Below are positions 25,944 through 40,068 of a stretch of DNA of 64,000 bases, piece by piece (the first letter of the stretch is position 1; every line of letters begins with the position of its first letter). The DNA is taken from positions 4,728-68,727 of the forward strand of contig CT868219.1 in NCBI GenBank assembly GCA_000165425.1. The letters run 5' to 3'. The notes under the pieces are model-generated. The model ran no database searches. It worked only from the letters and a program-made list of their open reading frames with translations, and was not told where the DNA came from. This DNA comes from Paramecium tetraurelia. Lineage: Eukaryota. The translations under genes and the position numbers were made by a program.

Positions 25944-28528
25944 TCACAGTAATTTCTTAAGATTGTTTAGTATTGAGGTTTATATTAATTACGGGTAAAT
26001 CAGCTAGTTAAAAATTTCATGATCTAGAGCTTAAGAACAAGAGTATCTTAAATCTTGATTTGGCTCTATTAAATTATTCATCAAATCAATCAATAAATCA
26101 TTCTTAGCATTTTTTATTGGGTATAAAGTTTGCAAAGGCAATTTTTTATAGAGCATTTCATATATCAAAACACCTATGCTGTAACAATCTACTTTCGAAG
26201 TGTATTTTTCATGTAATTTGATTTCTGGGGCCATATATCCTTGAGTACCACAATATTATGAGCAAGAGTATGCCCTTATTGAAATACCCAAGTCAGCCAA
26301 TTTGATTACGTTTTATGAAATTAATATATTCTCCGGCTTTATATCCCTATGGATTATACCATTTTTATGCAAATGGTTAACAGCACCTATTACCTAATGT
26401 AAAATATCAATCATTTCTTTTCTATTAATTGTTTTTTGTCGAATCAAATTGTATAATGTATAATCACTCAATTCCAAGATTAAAGCAATCTATAATATAT
26501 CTTATATTTTACCTATTTGTTGTCACCTATTATCCCATAGCATTTCAAAATATTAGGGTGATTCAACACCATTTGTGTTTTAATTTCATTAGATATCAAT
26601 GTACTGATACCTTTACTTTAAATTAATGACTTTTAGATTGTTTTCAAAGCTAGAGCCATGCCTGTTTACTAATCAAACACTGAATAAGCATCACTAACAT
26701 TACCCCTTCCTAAATATTTTATTTTTTAGAATCTATTTAGAATTGAAAATTAGTTTTTACTGGTTTTAATCTTTGATGTTGCTTTATCAATACTAGAGCA
26801 TCTTTATGAAACCTAAATTTCCTTTGATTCTTCCAAAATTAAACTTCCATGCTATACATATTTTTTTTCAGAACCATTTGTTTCCGTAACTTATCTAATT
26901 TGAATTCCATTAGAATCATGTTTTTAGAATTACTTGATTTTAAAAGCTGTTCTTGAAGTTTTCCCTTCAGTTATTAACTCCTTTATCTTTTCAATCTTCA
27001 TTCTATTCATTTGAAGAAGGGTTGGATATTGAGGTTTTTCTTTAGGTTATACGATCTCATAATTCACTTTCAATAAGTTCTCATTAAATTGTAAAGGAAT
27101 TATCATACACTTGATAGCTTAATTTGCTTTATCATCATAATCCTTTATCAAAAAAGAAAGCTTAATTGATTTGGTTTAAAAAGTCTATTTACTTTAATCG
27201 TCTAAATTTATCTTACGATCTTAAAGTATATTTTGAGATAGGCAAACTTTAACAACACTTGAATCAATTTAATCAGATTTCATAGCATTAGAATTAAGAG
27301 TGGATAAAGGACAATTCTTGATTGGAATTTAATCTCCCCATTTCACTTTTTTTTCATTTATCTTTCCATCTCCAATCAGAATGAACAATTAAAATAAAGG
27401 AATTTAATCCTTTTTAAGCAAATCTTATTTTAATTTCATTGGTTAAGTTTTTGTTTAAATACTTTCTTTAGTTGGTTGATCTTTTAACAATTTATTATTT
27501 TCATCCAGAGAATTTTATTACATATTTACAGTTTCCATTTTCAGTCTTTACAACTTTAGGGGAGGAGTAGGAAAAGTTTGAACGAAATACTATTTAATCT
27601 CATGGGTAGCTTCTGTTTGGAAATTCAATTTTTACACGCTTTAGTTATCCTAATCTTACTATAATGGTTGTCTGAAATTTTAGATTTTTGGTTAAACAAC
27701 TGCACTGACAAAACTGTAAATTTCATTTGACATTGTTGATTTTTAGAACTCGTAATCTAATTTATTTTCTTGTTGATCTTACACTTTCTCCTATTGAATT
27801 GGATTCTTCTTAATCTAAGTTAATGATTATGAAGCCACTATTTTCAGTTATAATTCAGGTTTTAATGAAGATGATTGCTTCAAAGGATCGTGTTTAATTA
27901 TTTTCTTGTTCATTTCATCCTTTTTGAATTTATTTAATTTTTACATCATATACATTTTATGTGTTATTTTGTTGCTTTCGGCTTTTTTCTAAAATGTGTG
28001 CTATTAGATAGAGCTCTGAAAAACTACGGGCTGAAACTATAAATCCAAGCAGTTAATAGGATTTTCGATATCATTTGAGATGTTTATAATACGAAATTAT
28101 GACAACCCTGTTTACACATTACTAATTTATATTTATTCTTTAGAATTTGATTCATCTTCTATTTTCATTATTGTCGTAACGTTAATATGAGAATGTTCTT
28201 AGTTCATAATCATTTTTATTTAAGGAGTTGGTTAAATCTACTTGCTCTCAATGTGTGAATCGACTTTAAAAATTTAACTACTGATTGAAATTGTGGATTC
28301 TAATGAAAAATTGTCTTGCTTCAAGGTTTTAGGTGCTTAAATTTATTCAGTTGATAACTTAATAGGGGAAGTGCCATAATTTGAAGATCTATTATTTTTG
28401 GAAATTCTTATTTGATTTATTGATGGTTGACGTACAAATTGAGGCACAATCTCATTCTTACAGCTTTTTTTCCATTAATCTTTCAATTAATTTATAGTAA
28501 GGTTGATAGTTGTATTATTTTTTGACAT
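25944..28528 (-). CDS. Ser/Thr kinase (Aurora-like catalytic domain) with long N-terminal extension
   Basis: LGRGNVSDAY, ALKTI, NEIKTQMVLNHPNIL, HRDIKPENILI, LADLG, CGTQGYMAPE near the C-terminus; start codon less certain. Confidence 0.8.
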
Positions 28529-29144
28529 ATAAATTATCAATTAAATTTATTTTAATGAAAATGTGGACTTATAATCTTGAGTATTTCATTTATGTCATAG
28601 GTTTAGACTGTAAGTTTTATTGGCATTTAAACTTTAAGACCCTTTAAATGTTATAGGAAATAATGATATTATAGATAAAAACCCTATGATTATTTTTATT
28701 TTCGATTATTTGTCTTTGAGAAGTATTATTTCAATTATAATCAAATAAATTATATAAAAACACAAGTTGAAGTACTTTACAAATATAAAAGTTGATAATC
28801 AAAATGATTAATATATTTATGAATAATAAATTAATATGAGAATAATTAATAGATCTATGTTTGAAGATGATTACTTTAATTTTAAGTATGCCAATTAATT
28901 TAAGCAGAGTGATAAAAATAAGTAATTCACTTAGCATTTCAAATCTTTTTGTTCTTCATGCCAAAGTGTAATATTTTTAATAACAATAATAACGTAGAGG
29001 TTACATGAATGAGGACAATCTATTCTATTAATTATTTATATAATTTGATAATAAACTTGATTATAGGATTATTCGTGTTTTTAAATGTTTATTAATCAAT
29101 AAAGTAAATTTTAAGACTATTAATATATTTATATATTAAATAAA

Positions 29145-30646
29145 ATGGATGAATCAAAGCTAGAAGATATCTAATAAATGAGTATTGGATCATTGGCAGG
29201 AGTGTTGAGTGATTTAAACTAGAATGATGTTCCTGTCTTAAAAGATCTACCCCTCAAAGAATTAGAGACTTTGATTGCTGAGTTCAGAAATACGAAGATG
29301 AGATTATACTAAGTATTTTCAATTTCATAAAAAATTAGATTTAGAAATATAAGTTCAATTTTAACTAACCTACCTTATCAGTCTTAGTTGATATCGTAAA
29401 CAAGAAATTGAGATTGGCTTTGGAAATCATAGAAAAATAAAATAATATTAATCAATAATTCTTATTAGATTATCATAAGTATGAAAAAAATATGATAAAT
29501 TTGATTCAAGATGCTCCAAAATAAAACAACGATGTGATCGAAGAATTAGAAGACAAGGTAGTTGATTGGTACAAATCAGTTACAATAAAGTTCAATGAAA
29601 TAACTAGTCTTAAGATTTTTAACACAAATGAATTAAATGTTATTTATAATGAGGACTTTTACACTAAATTCTAAAATTAGCAAAACTTGACTTTCCTATA
29701 GAAGGGATTATTTAAGAATTGTGCTCAAACTGCGATAGAAGAGTACAGAAATATGTTAAACAAATTCAGTATTCAACATTCAGAAGAACTCTAAGGAATT
29801 ATGGATAATCTGCAGATTTTGGATTAATTCTATAAAGCTTAGTAGCTGGTTGAAGATATGATTGACTTCCTCTCTTCTAAGCTGATGTTTGACATAACAT
29901 AAGTTATAAAGAACAGTCTAATTAATATTGACAAGATTACCAATTATTTGAATAAGATGAATTATAGGTTTTTAGTAAGACAATAGAATACTGAGTTCAG
30001 ATAGTATGAATCTAAGGAGCAATAGACATTATTTTTAAATATGTTCCAATAAATTAAATACTTTAAATATCCAAAAACAATTCAGGAACATTAAGTCTTG
30101 GATGAATAATTTAATGATCTTAATAAATAACTACATGTCATAATCCAAAAGAATATAGAAATGAGTGATTATCCAAAAGCAATACAACGAAACCTCAAAA
30201 AGCTATACGAATACTTTTTCAAAGGGAATAGAAAGTTCATTAAGCTCAAGATCCGATATATTAAAATTGCCTAACAATTTGAAGACACTTTGGACAAGTA
30301 AGAGTTACTAAACTAGAATGTCTTGGCTGAATTACAGACTTTATAAGCAAAGTCAAATACTTTACATTGCTTTATGACTGGTCTATTCGAGATGGGTGAA
30401 TTCTGTTTGAGTTGCTATGATTTGGCTGAGGAAGTCCACAATTTTCTATTTCAAGTCTAATTATTGATACATCATTATAGTGAAACTTTGAGAGTAATCG
30501 GAGCATCTAAATAAAGTAATCTTGGATAAAGGCCAAGAATAAGAAAAATCTTTGAGCCTTATCCAGAAGAAGAAAAGGCAGTCCTGGGGAAGAAATATTA
30601 ATTACTCCAAGTAAAATAAACAGGAAGCTCAAAATAAATAAATTGA
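29145..30646 (+). CDS. Uncharacterised alpha-helical protein
   Basis: MDESKLEDIQQMSIGSLAGVL start; intron near 29313-29338; open table-6 frame to TGA 30644-30646. Confidence 0.7.
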
Positions 30647-30676
30647 TCTATAAATATATATATATTTTTGTTCATA

Positions 30677-33600
30677 TCACCAATATCCACCATGTTCTTT
30701 GGTTAAATGTGAATAACATTCCGAAGATGTTTCAAATAAAGCCATACATGGTGTGCCATCTGCTTTATTTTTCCAGCAAATACTTTTTTTGCATCCTGTA
30801 CAAGTAACTCTATAACAACCATCAATTCTTTGAATCAATATTTTGCAATGAGGACATCTTCTTACATCATTCTTCTTCATATATATATTAATGGAATCTT
30901 CATTACCAGCTTTGAATTCTCTACAAGTTTATCCAAAATGATATGGAGCCTAAAATTAAATGATAAAATAATACTCTGCATGAATTACAATACTGTTTCT
31001 TACATTTCTTACAGGTATATCTTGGAATCTTTTGGAAATGAATTATTGGACAATTTGGAGTCAAACAGAAAGCTATCTATGCTGCATGGTCTTGTAAATC
31101 TAATTTTATATATATTAAATTAATTACATTTGTTGATGGATAATTTTATTAACTTTTCCCAACTAGGCTCATCAATTAAAATGTGTAAATCAGCCAAAAG
31201 TATACCTTGATTACATTAGGGACATTTAATTGGCAATTAAGTCATGTCTCCCAATGAATTTTGAATGCTGAACATTATACACTAAAGACAAAACTTATGT
31301 CCACAACCTTGGAGCATATATCCATTTTTCATATTATCAAAGCAATAGTTACAAGTTAATGCATTGATAGGTTTATCTTATTATTATTGAGAAGATATAA
31401 TTTCACTAATTGAAATGATGGCAGCATCAAGATTCTTCTAATCACCAAATAATTGTAATTCACCTGAAATACTATTGAATTTAACACTCTTTAAGTCGAA
31501 GTTCTTCTTTATTTCATTAAGTCCTTAAGAATCATTTCCCATTATTAATCTTATACAATTCTTTGGAATCTAAATTATACTTTTAGAACAATCTGAAACG
31601 AATTCTTTAATTGCCTTGGCTAATTGATTGTATTTGACTTAAGAACTATTTACAAATAATTGATTATTAATAAAATCCTATCGAATTAGAATTTATAAAG
31701 ATTCTTCTTAGGTTTTAAGGAATCTTGTACCAGATTAACTAAATATAACTGTGATATCAAAATCTTATGAGGACTTAATTATTTTTGGAGTGAATGCATC
31801 CTATATTTCTTTGTTCAATTACTCATGATCCTATTTGTTCCAACATTCAATAGTAACTTTTACTCTTTTGAATTCATCATCACTTGTAATAGTATATTAA
31901 CCAAGTTTAAGTTTCTTCTCATCGAAAATTTCCTCAACTATTTATTTCATTTCGATTGGTCCTTCATAATCATGATAGTAAAAAGGCTTAACATTTAATT
32001 AAACCTTCAATCCTCTAAATTATTTAATCTGATTATGTAAGTTGATAAATTATTCCATAATATTTCTGTCATAAACTATAAGAGACAAAATTCTTTTACA
32101 ATTTTATTTTGTAATCGAGTCAATTTTATATTTATCTTGAGGAATATTAGATAATAATTTTTGTATTTCTAATTAGAGATCTCCATTATTTTCATATCTT
32201 AATTATTTATCTATTGTGACTGATTTTATATCAATATCTTTATGTTGTTATTTTAAATCTGCTAATACTGTTTACTCATCCTCGTAAACACTTTTAAGAT
32301 TCATTTTATATGTCAGATGTTAGATTGTTTCAAAGTCTTCTGCATTAAATAGATGTGGAGAATTCAATTTAATAATAGCAGTACCTTTGTTTAAATGTAA
32401 ATTCCAGGTTATTATTATTTTGTATTGCTCATTGAATAGTAATTTTTCTTCATTATGTTCAAATTGATCCTGTTGAGTATAAACCTTCAATTAGTTATCC
32501 TTGTATTCTTTGATATTCTCCAAACAAAAAAGTAAATCATCATGATCTTATAGAGATATTCTGGCTGTTATTTTATCACCCTCCTTATACAACTTCATTT
32601 CTGAAATGACCACATCTTATAAGAATTCTTAAAGCAATTCCTGAGTGATATCTAAAGGCAAGCCTTCTATGAAGAAAGTCTTATATGCACTTTTTTCAAT
32701 CCAGTCCTTCATACTTCCACCACTATTATGATTATTATATATTGATACGCTTGCATAATAAATTTAGAATCATTTTCATATGGTATTTCTTTTACTTAAT
32801 TTCTGTAAAAGTTCTACAAATCTTTAATTTTTCCATTCAACTCCTATTCTATGATCTCCTTTTTGGCCACATTGGGATCATACAAGACAGTAATACAATT
32901 CATCTCAATATTAGGTTGCAAGATGCAATCCTAAGATAATTAAGGACCTGATTGATGTTTCCATAATTCATTAAACAGAACTTGGCCAATGCCATTAAAG
33001 GTTATTTCATTCAAATGCAAGGATTATCGCTATATGAATTATAGTTTATGTTCTTTGACAAATGCTTTTGGTGCCAATTACGGTATCATAATGTCATCTA
33101 TTTTAGTAGAATATTTAATTTCATATTATTGATTCTTTTACAAAAAAGCCATAACTATGCAAGTCAGAGGAAAATCTCCAATGATAGCCATTAAATTGTT
33201 ATAGCATAATTTAAATTTCTAATTGGCAACATAATTAAAGTAACCAGCACTCTTATGTCCACTAAAGATACTTAAGCCTTTATAAAATAGCCTTAATAAA
33301 CAGGCTTGTATGTCTTCAGAATGTTCTGGCATTGATTATTGTTTCTTTAAGGAGACGGTTCTATTCAATTTTAATTAATCAAGTGAACAACATTTATTAA
33401 TGACTGAATATTCGGAGACCTAAATAATGAGATATTAGTACATATTTTTAAGTTAAATCTATTATGTATTCATTATAAGCTAAAATTAATATCATTTTAG
33501 GTATATTGATATTTTATAGTCTACACCATTTTATTAATTCATTTTTTGAATTATCTTATTCTTTTTCATCATCTTTGGAATTGATATCTTCAATAAAAAT

Positions 33601-34971
33601 GATAAATTTATTTATTAATTAAATCCATGAAGTAATATCTCCCATCTTTGACCAATAATGATTTGATCTAATTATTGATTCCCTTTGTTGATGAATTTGG
33701 AAACTCTTAAAGGGATTCTTTTTACTTTCCACATTGCCTTCTGATAGTATTTCTCCATCTGTCAAAAGAGTGGAGACAACACTGCTGTAATAATGAAAGG
33801 TCTCATTTTCTGCCTCCAATAATGGTTCATAATATATCATTGGGATATAGTTTTACAAAGAACTATATTCTGTTTAAACTACATTCTACAATTAATCAAT
33901 TTAGACATTAAATTGTTAAGCATAGAATTTGATATTTTGGGGATTGAAAGTGAATTCTTCATCAAAAATCAATTTATGCTCCCTTATAAATCATTGAACT
34001 CGTTGAATCCAAATAAATAAAGGATTTTAGGAAAATAACTTATTCTGTTACGAATGATGATATCATGTCTACTGAGATTGTACTATTTATAAACTATGGC
34101 ATTGATTTCTTCCAAGAATGTCTTGACTGTAGTCTAATAACCCATATGAATGATTAATGATATTTTTTGTTGAACATTTTACAAATACTTTCGTAATTAT
34201 TAATAATGTAATGCCAAAAACACTTTTCTTTTTCCCTTCTGTGATGGATACACCATTTCCATCAATTGCTAACCAAATTGTTCGTAATATGATTAGAATG
34301 GTAGGATTTAATGTACTTCAAATTCCTCTGATTCTGATAATTAATTATGAAAATAGATTGCTTGAAATATTTAATCCATTTAGTATAAGGATTCACAATA
34401 AACCACAATATCCCTATCAACCTCTGGATTTGAGTTTTTTATCTATTACAAAACATACGTCAGTTTTTAATCATAAGATATGCTTAAGAACAATTCATCC
34501 TATTAAGTTTACAAGTAAGGAATTTCAATAAGGTTATCATAAGCAATGCTAAAACAATTAATTAATTGTTCATATATTATGTCATTTGATATTATGACCA
34601 ATTAGGATTTTGTCGTTAATAACTAACATAAATACCAATATATATACCCATTTTATGCCAATGTACTAATACGAATTCAATTTAGTCTCTGCTCGCAAAT
34701 CTGCGACAATAACTTCGAAGTTTTGGTTGACCAAATTACACCAATTGTAATTAGCCTCACTTGTGTCTGAGATCACAGTGATATTATGGTTTTTAGACAA
34801 TAATTCTTTTATAATTTTTAGTGTGTCGATTTCCTATATTATATCAACAATGAGAGTTGTTTTTGGTAAAGGTAAGAGTGTATCAAATACTGACACCCAT
34901 TATTGTCTTAGGAAAGTGTTGGATCTATCTTTTAGATATATTTCTCTGATGAGATGTTATTGATTTTACAT
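30677..34971 (-). CDS. Degenerate DEAH-helicase-like / RRM-like / RBR (RING-IBR-RING) E3 ligase fusion; one frame break near 33985
   Basis: YPSQKGKRKVFLA (DEAH C-lobe-like), GDITSW...WCRLQNIN (HA2-like), TFFIEGLPLDIT (RRM-like), CNYC...CGHKFCLQC (RING1), FCLTPNC...CKKC (IBR), CPHCKILIQRIDGCYRVTC (RING2). Confidence 0.75.
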
Positions 34972-35028
34972 TTAAATATTTATGAGACATATTAATTTGT
35001 TTTCAAGATATTTAATAATCATATTCAA

Positions 35029-35561
35029 TCAATTTCCTTTTCTTGATAATCTTCTTTTGAAGGCTGTCCCGTAAAGTATATTCCCAAAGCAGGTCGCCAC
35101 TATTTCCAATAGAACTGGTAACAAACTGAGACTTTATTTTGAATATATTACATAAATGCCGCCCAATAATACCACAATTCATAGTAGGGCCATGCTCCTA
35201 TAATAAACTCGCTGTAAATTATGATGCCAACCGCGTGCAAACATATAACTAATTGAAGGGAGATAACTCTTACTCAAAAAGTTGCTGGTATCATAAAACA
35301 TTGTAATTCCAGTAATAATGAATATCATCTCAATGCCAAGGCCAATCAATCCCAGGAGAATGCACGAAATGATGGAGTTATACGCTGAGGTGTACTCATC
35401 AGAATTGGTGTCATATGTCTTGGTTTGAAAATTAGCCAAGATGTTTTCTTTCTAATAGATGAGGAGTTAGATACAGCTCCATAATAAGCCATCAAGGAGG
35501 TGATGAAATGGCAGGAAACTAGAATAAATTTGCTAGGTATCAATAACCCATTAATAGTCAT
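35029..35561 (-). CDS. TMEM107: Ciliary transition-zone membrane protein TMEM107
   Basis: MTINGLLIPSKFILVSCHF...EMIFIITGITMF...ICLHAVG...W...LLPVLLEI matches the TMEM107 pattern (LVPSRFL, GVSMF, H, W, LP-E); three tiny introns. Confidence 0.85.
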
Positions 35562-35584
35562 TAAATTAATTTATAACCAAATAT

Positions 35585-38083
35585 TCAAATCAACTCATGA
35601 GCTGTTTCATCTTATATTTATACATCATCATCTCTTTCAATCAAATCTTCATCAAACTTTTAATCTTATTATTCATTCTATTCTAAATCAATTGGCTAAT
35701 ATTGTTATTGTTATTGTTATTATTATTATTATTATTTTGGTTGTCTTTGTTAAATCTATTGGATCAACATCTAACTACTAATGATAATAGAATACCTCTT
35801 ATTTGGACTATGGGATTTCACGCATTTCCGTTCTGGCAAAATATTCCTTCACCTTCTCTTGATTATTGTAAAGCCAATATAATCCAAATAATATTCCACC
35901 GATGACCAACCAATCAAATATCCAATTCTTATTATTGGGACAAGTGAATCTCATTGAAATATGCTCAACACCCCCTTCACAAATATCTCCTGCAATCTTT
36001 CTATATCCACTAGACACCGTATAATATCCATCACATTCAGCAGGTGGATCAATATTTAAAGTACCATTGATTGGAGTACATTATTAATTAGTCATAACAA
36101 ATCCTAGATCGCATTCATAATCTTCTTAAGAGCATTAACATGGAGTAACACTCATAATTCTTTCCAATTATTCTGGATTGTAACAAGCAGCTTCTCTTCT
36201 TTTTCTCATATAAGTAACCTTTTTACCAAACAGACACTCTGGATTGACAAGGCCAGAAGGTGTCCACAATTCATAATCACTTCCAATTTCACCTGCTTTG
36301 TCTTATCCAATACAATTTCTTTGATGTAATTCATCCAGATCAATAGTTGCCAATAAACCCTACTCAGTTCTGATACCATTGGATTCTAATTAAATAGCTC
36401 CATAAGCAATAAATCTAGATCCTTTATTTTAAGGTTCAGTGATGATATTTTAAATTTCTGCCTTCTAATCCAAAATATTGAATGGAGTCCATTCCATACC
36501 ACCATTCCAAGAATAGACAATCTGATTAGTAGTTTCTTGATCTCTAGCCATAACAATCAATCCTCCATGATTACTAATTTCATATATATATGATCCTTTT
36601 TTGATTTCAATCCAAGTCAACCCTCCATCTCTACTCAGATAAGTATTAACTTAATCCTATCTATAACTTAAGTACTTTCCAATAGAACCTGTTGCGACAA
36701 TAATACCTATGGAATTGGTTTCAGTGTAAATAGGTGCGAATTAATAAAATGCTTAACTAAGATGCAAATGTAATTAGCACTTATTGCAATTGATTGGTTT
36801 TCCATCAGCATCAACTGTTGGAGGCTAATAAAAATAGAAAATCAATATAATACCTTCAAAGGGACCCATTATCCTCCTTTATCGAAAGTAATCCTGGTTT
36901 GTTTGTATTTTTTAAGATCTTCATCTTTGAATCCATTTTGTTAAGCATAAAAACCTTCTTCCATAGATTCAAATACTTAATTGGTGTAAATCTTAGCTTG
37001 ATCTTCAGCATAAACGTTAGCTAAATAAATGCCTTCCAATCCTTACACTCTGTAAAACTCAGCACTGTTTTCTAATCTTGACACATTCTCCAAAGATCTA
37101 GAGTATCTAGTACCAGTAGAATCACTAATATAAATAACTCCCAAAGGGGAAGATGGTTTGAGATGATTGACAACCATAAACACTTGATTTTCTGACGTAT
37201 CTAATATGCTATAGGAATGTTCTAATAGTTTTGAATCTGCATCAATTACACTATATTTATACTATCCTAATTCAGTGCCACTGACATATAGACTGACTTC
37301 TTATGTTGCTTAGGATGTGACTTTAGCAACAAATAAGAAAGACTCAGTGAGCATAAATCTAGAACCTGCCGGAACACTCAGAGTTCTAGTTTGGAAAAAG
37401 TCATCACTATAATATAAATTGTAATCCATATTCCAACTACTTATAGATTGATGTCCTTTGCCTTATGGTTCGAATGATGCTAGAATTCGTTCCTTAGGAG
37501 TATATTTAGCCATTTCTTTGTTTTTGATACCCCCAAGTAAATTGATTTACATAAGTCGCAATTGAATGCCATGTAATTCCAGTGTCTTAACTCAAGAGAA
37601 GTTCCTTATAAGAAACACAAGGCGTTCCTGCTAACAACTCATCTGATCCACATTATTTCCAAGCTGAAGCAATAATCCAATCTTTTTCAAGTGGATGGAA
37701 TTAATATTCTCGCAACTATTTTCCAGCATTAACAGCTGTTATTGTTTTACCACAATCAAGGGAAATCCAAGCTATTTGATCTGTTCCTGTAAATAATACT
37801 AATTATTTATCAACAGGACTTGCAACCAAATTATTTACAATTCCGATTCTCTCATCTGAATCTTCAAGTTATATGAGTGCTTTTCTATGAAATATCTCTG
37901 ACATTTTAATCCATTGTCTACCGCGATCATCACTTCTATATACAGATCCTTTGGATGTGAGTGCCAAGACTGTATCACTACACCAATGTATGTTGATCAA
38001 GGGGGCATCTATGTATGAGATCTAAACATCAATATTAGCAGCAAAGCAATTCATGCATTCAACAAGAGAATGATGTGTCTCAT
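35585..38083 (-). CDS. VPS10: VPS10-domain sorting receptor (sortilin); two apparent single-base indels
   Basis: BNR motifs (YRSDDRGRQW, SQDTGITW, TFDKGGQW, SRDGGLTW), Cys-rich module (GYRKIAGDICEGG), TM segment and acidic cytosolic tail. Confidence 0.9.
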
Positions 38084-38137
38084 TAACACGTTTTATTATT
38101 ATTTTAATTAATTTCGATTTATTTATTAGCCTCATAC

Positions 38138-40022
38138 TCACAATTATGCCTAACACTATCCAGCACGTTTGCAATGGCAAGATGATCCTTTGCTTAAGAC
38201 AATCTTCTTAATATCATCTAAACTGACTTTCTTCTCCTTCAAATCTTCAACACTTGGCATAACATTCAATCTTAATGCTTCTGATATAATCATTTAAGCC
38301 TAAAAATGATTTAAATATTTAATACATTTGGAGTGTTCATACTAGCAGAAGCTACAACACGTCCTTTTCTAGCGTAATAAGCAACGAATTTCTATTGAGT
38401 TAAGTCTCCATCCACAATAACTTCATCAAATCCTTAGCCAACTCCACTATAAGCTAATGTTCTATCCCATTATCTTGTCCAAAAGAATGGTACATCTGTC
38501 AAAGGTGTTGGTTTACCTAAAATATTCAAAGCAGCAACATATCTAATTTTATTAATCAATTATGTTACCCTTATCTTACAGCTTCATTTTGATGTTCAAT
38601 TCTGACATGTTCTCCAGTAGCCCAATATGGATAACTTGAGATATCTCCTGATGCATAAACATTCTTGGCAGCTTTCAAGAACACATCTGTTTCAATACCA
38701 CCATTTGGAGATATTTTTAATTGATCTTTAACCAATTTGTTATTTGGCTGAATTCCAGTTCCCAAAATGACTAAGTCAGCCTATAATGATTTTCCATTAA
38801 GTAAATCAACTCTTTATACTTAACCTACTCCTCCAATTCTTTTGACTCCAGCATTCAATTCAAATTCAACTCCATTAGCTTCATGTAATTTCTATAAAGA
38901 TCCTCCAACTTCTTTACCAAGAACTCTTTCAAATGGTACTGTAGTGCTATCCACAACTGTGATATTGACTTGATCTTTAAATTCCTTTTTGATAGCTGAA
39001 GCTGTCTCCATACCAATAAATGAAGCACCAACAACAACTATGTTTTTTGCTGTCTTTGCCTTGTCTCTTATAGATTCTAAATCATTAAATTATCTCAAAG
39101 TATGAACATTTCCTAAATTGACTCCATCTAATTGAGGTCTTCGAGCAGTACCACCTGTGGCCAACAATAATTTATCATAATGAATTTTCTCCTTTCCTAC
39201 TACAACATCTTAATTGTTAATATCTATCGATTCAACTGTAGTATTGGTCAATACATCTATTCCATACTATTCATAAAATTATTGGGGTCTTATTTACAAA
39301 CCCTATTATTTAACCAAAAATGTCATCTTGCTCATAGGTGTTCTATCATAAGGTAATGAATCTTCAGCTGTAATAATAGTAATCTTTCCTCTGAATCCAG
39401 CCTAACGAAGTGTCTCAGCTGCACTCTAACCAGATACTCTGACATATTTAATCAATAATCATACCCTCCTCCAACAATCACAACATGTGTAGGATCATCT
39501 CCTTTTGTTACCATATTCAATGTTCTTGGAGCATTTAATAATTATTTCTCTACTCTTATAACTAATTATCCATTTTCTTGTTTGACAGGGAATGTTTATA
39601 ACCCTCTAAACATAGGTCCTTCCTCATGCACACCATCTTTAACTGAAAAACTGGCATTATGAAATGGGCATTTGACCTTATCACCAACCAAGAATCCAGC
39701 AGAAAGGGGAGCTCCTACATGTGGACATGAATTAGAAACACAATAGATCTGTCCATCCACTTTGCATACTAAAACAGCATCTTCCTTCTTTGGACCCACT
39801 TAGACTTCTCTCATTTCACCTTCATTGAGATTATCCTCAATTGAAACTTCATAGGCATCATTAAGATTAAGAGTCTAATCTATTTGGATCTTATACATAA
39901 AAGCCATATCTTATTAATGGAAGAGAGATTAAAGTAGCTGCTATACGCTATGTACGTTATGGAACCACTAATGGAGTGCGTCTAAGAGTGATTGCAATTG
40001 CAGAGGATAATATCTTTCTCAT
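38138..40022 (-). CDS. AIFM3: Rieske [2Fe-2S] plus FAD/NAD(P)H oxidoreductase (AIFM3-like)
   Basis: CPHVGAPL...KCPFH Rieske motif; VVIVGGGVSG, LLLATG, VVGASFIGME, YASGDI, VPFFWT; basic N-terminal presequence-like region. Confidence 0.9.
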
Positions 40023-40068
40023 AAATTTAATTAAAATTGTGTAAACTTAGTATATAATATAAAATGAC

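Noticed and set aside
33980..34016. Retained IES (TA-bounded, 29 nt) as the cause of the frame break
   Set aside because: A TA..TA excision could restore the frame, but the ends do not resemble the TAYAGYNR consensus and TA dinucleotides are ubiquitous here.
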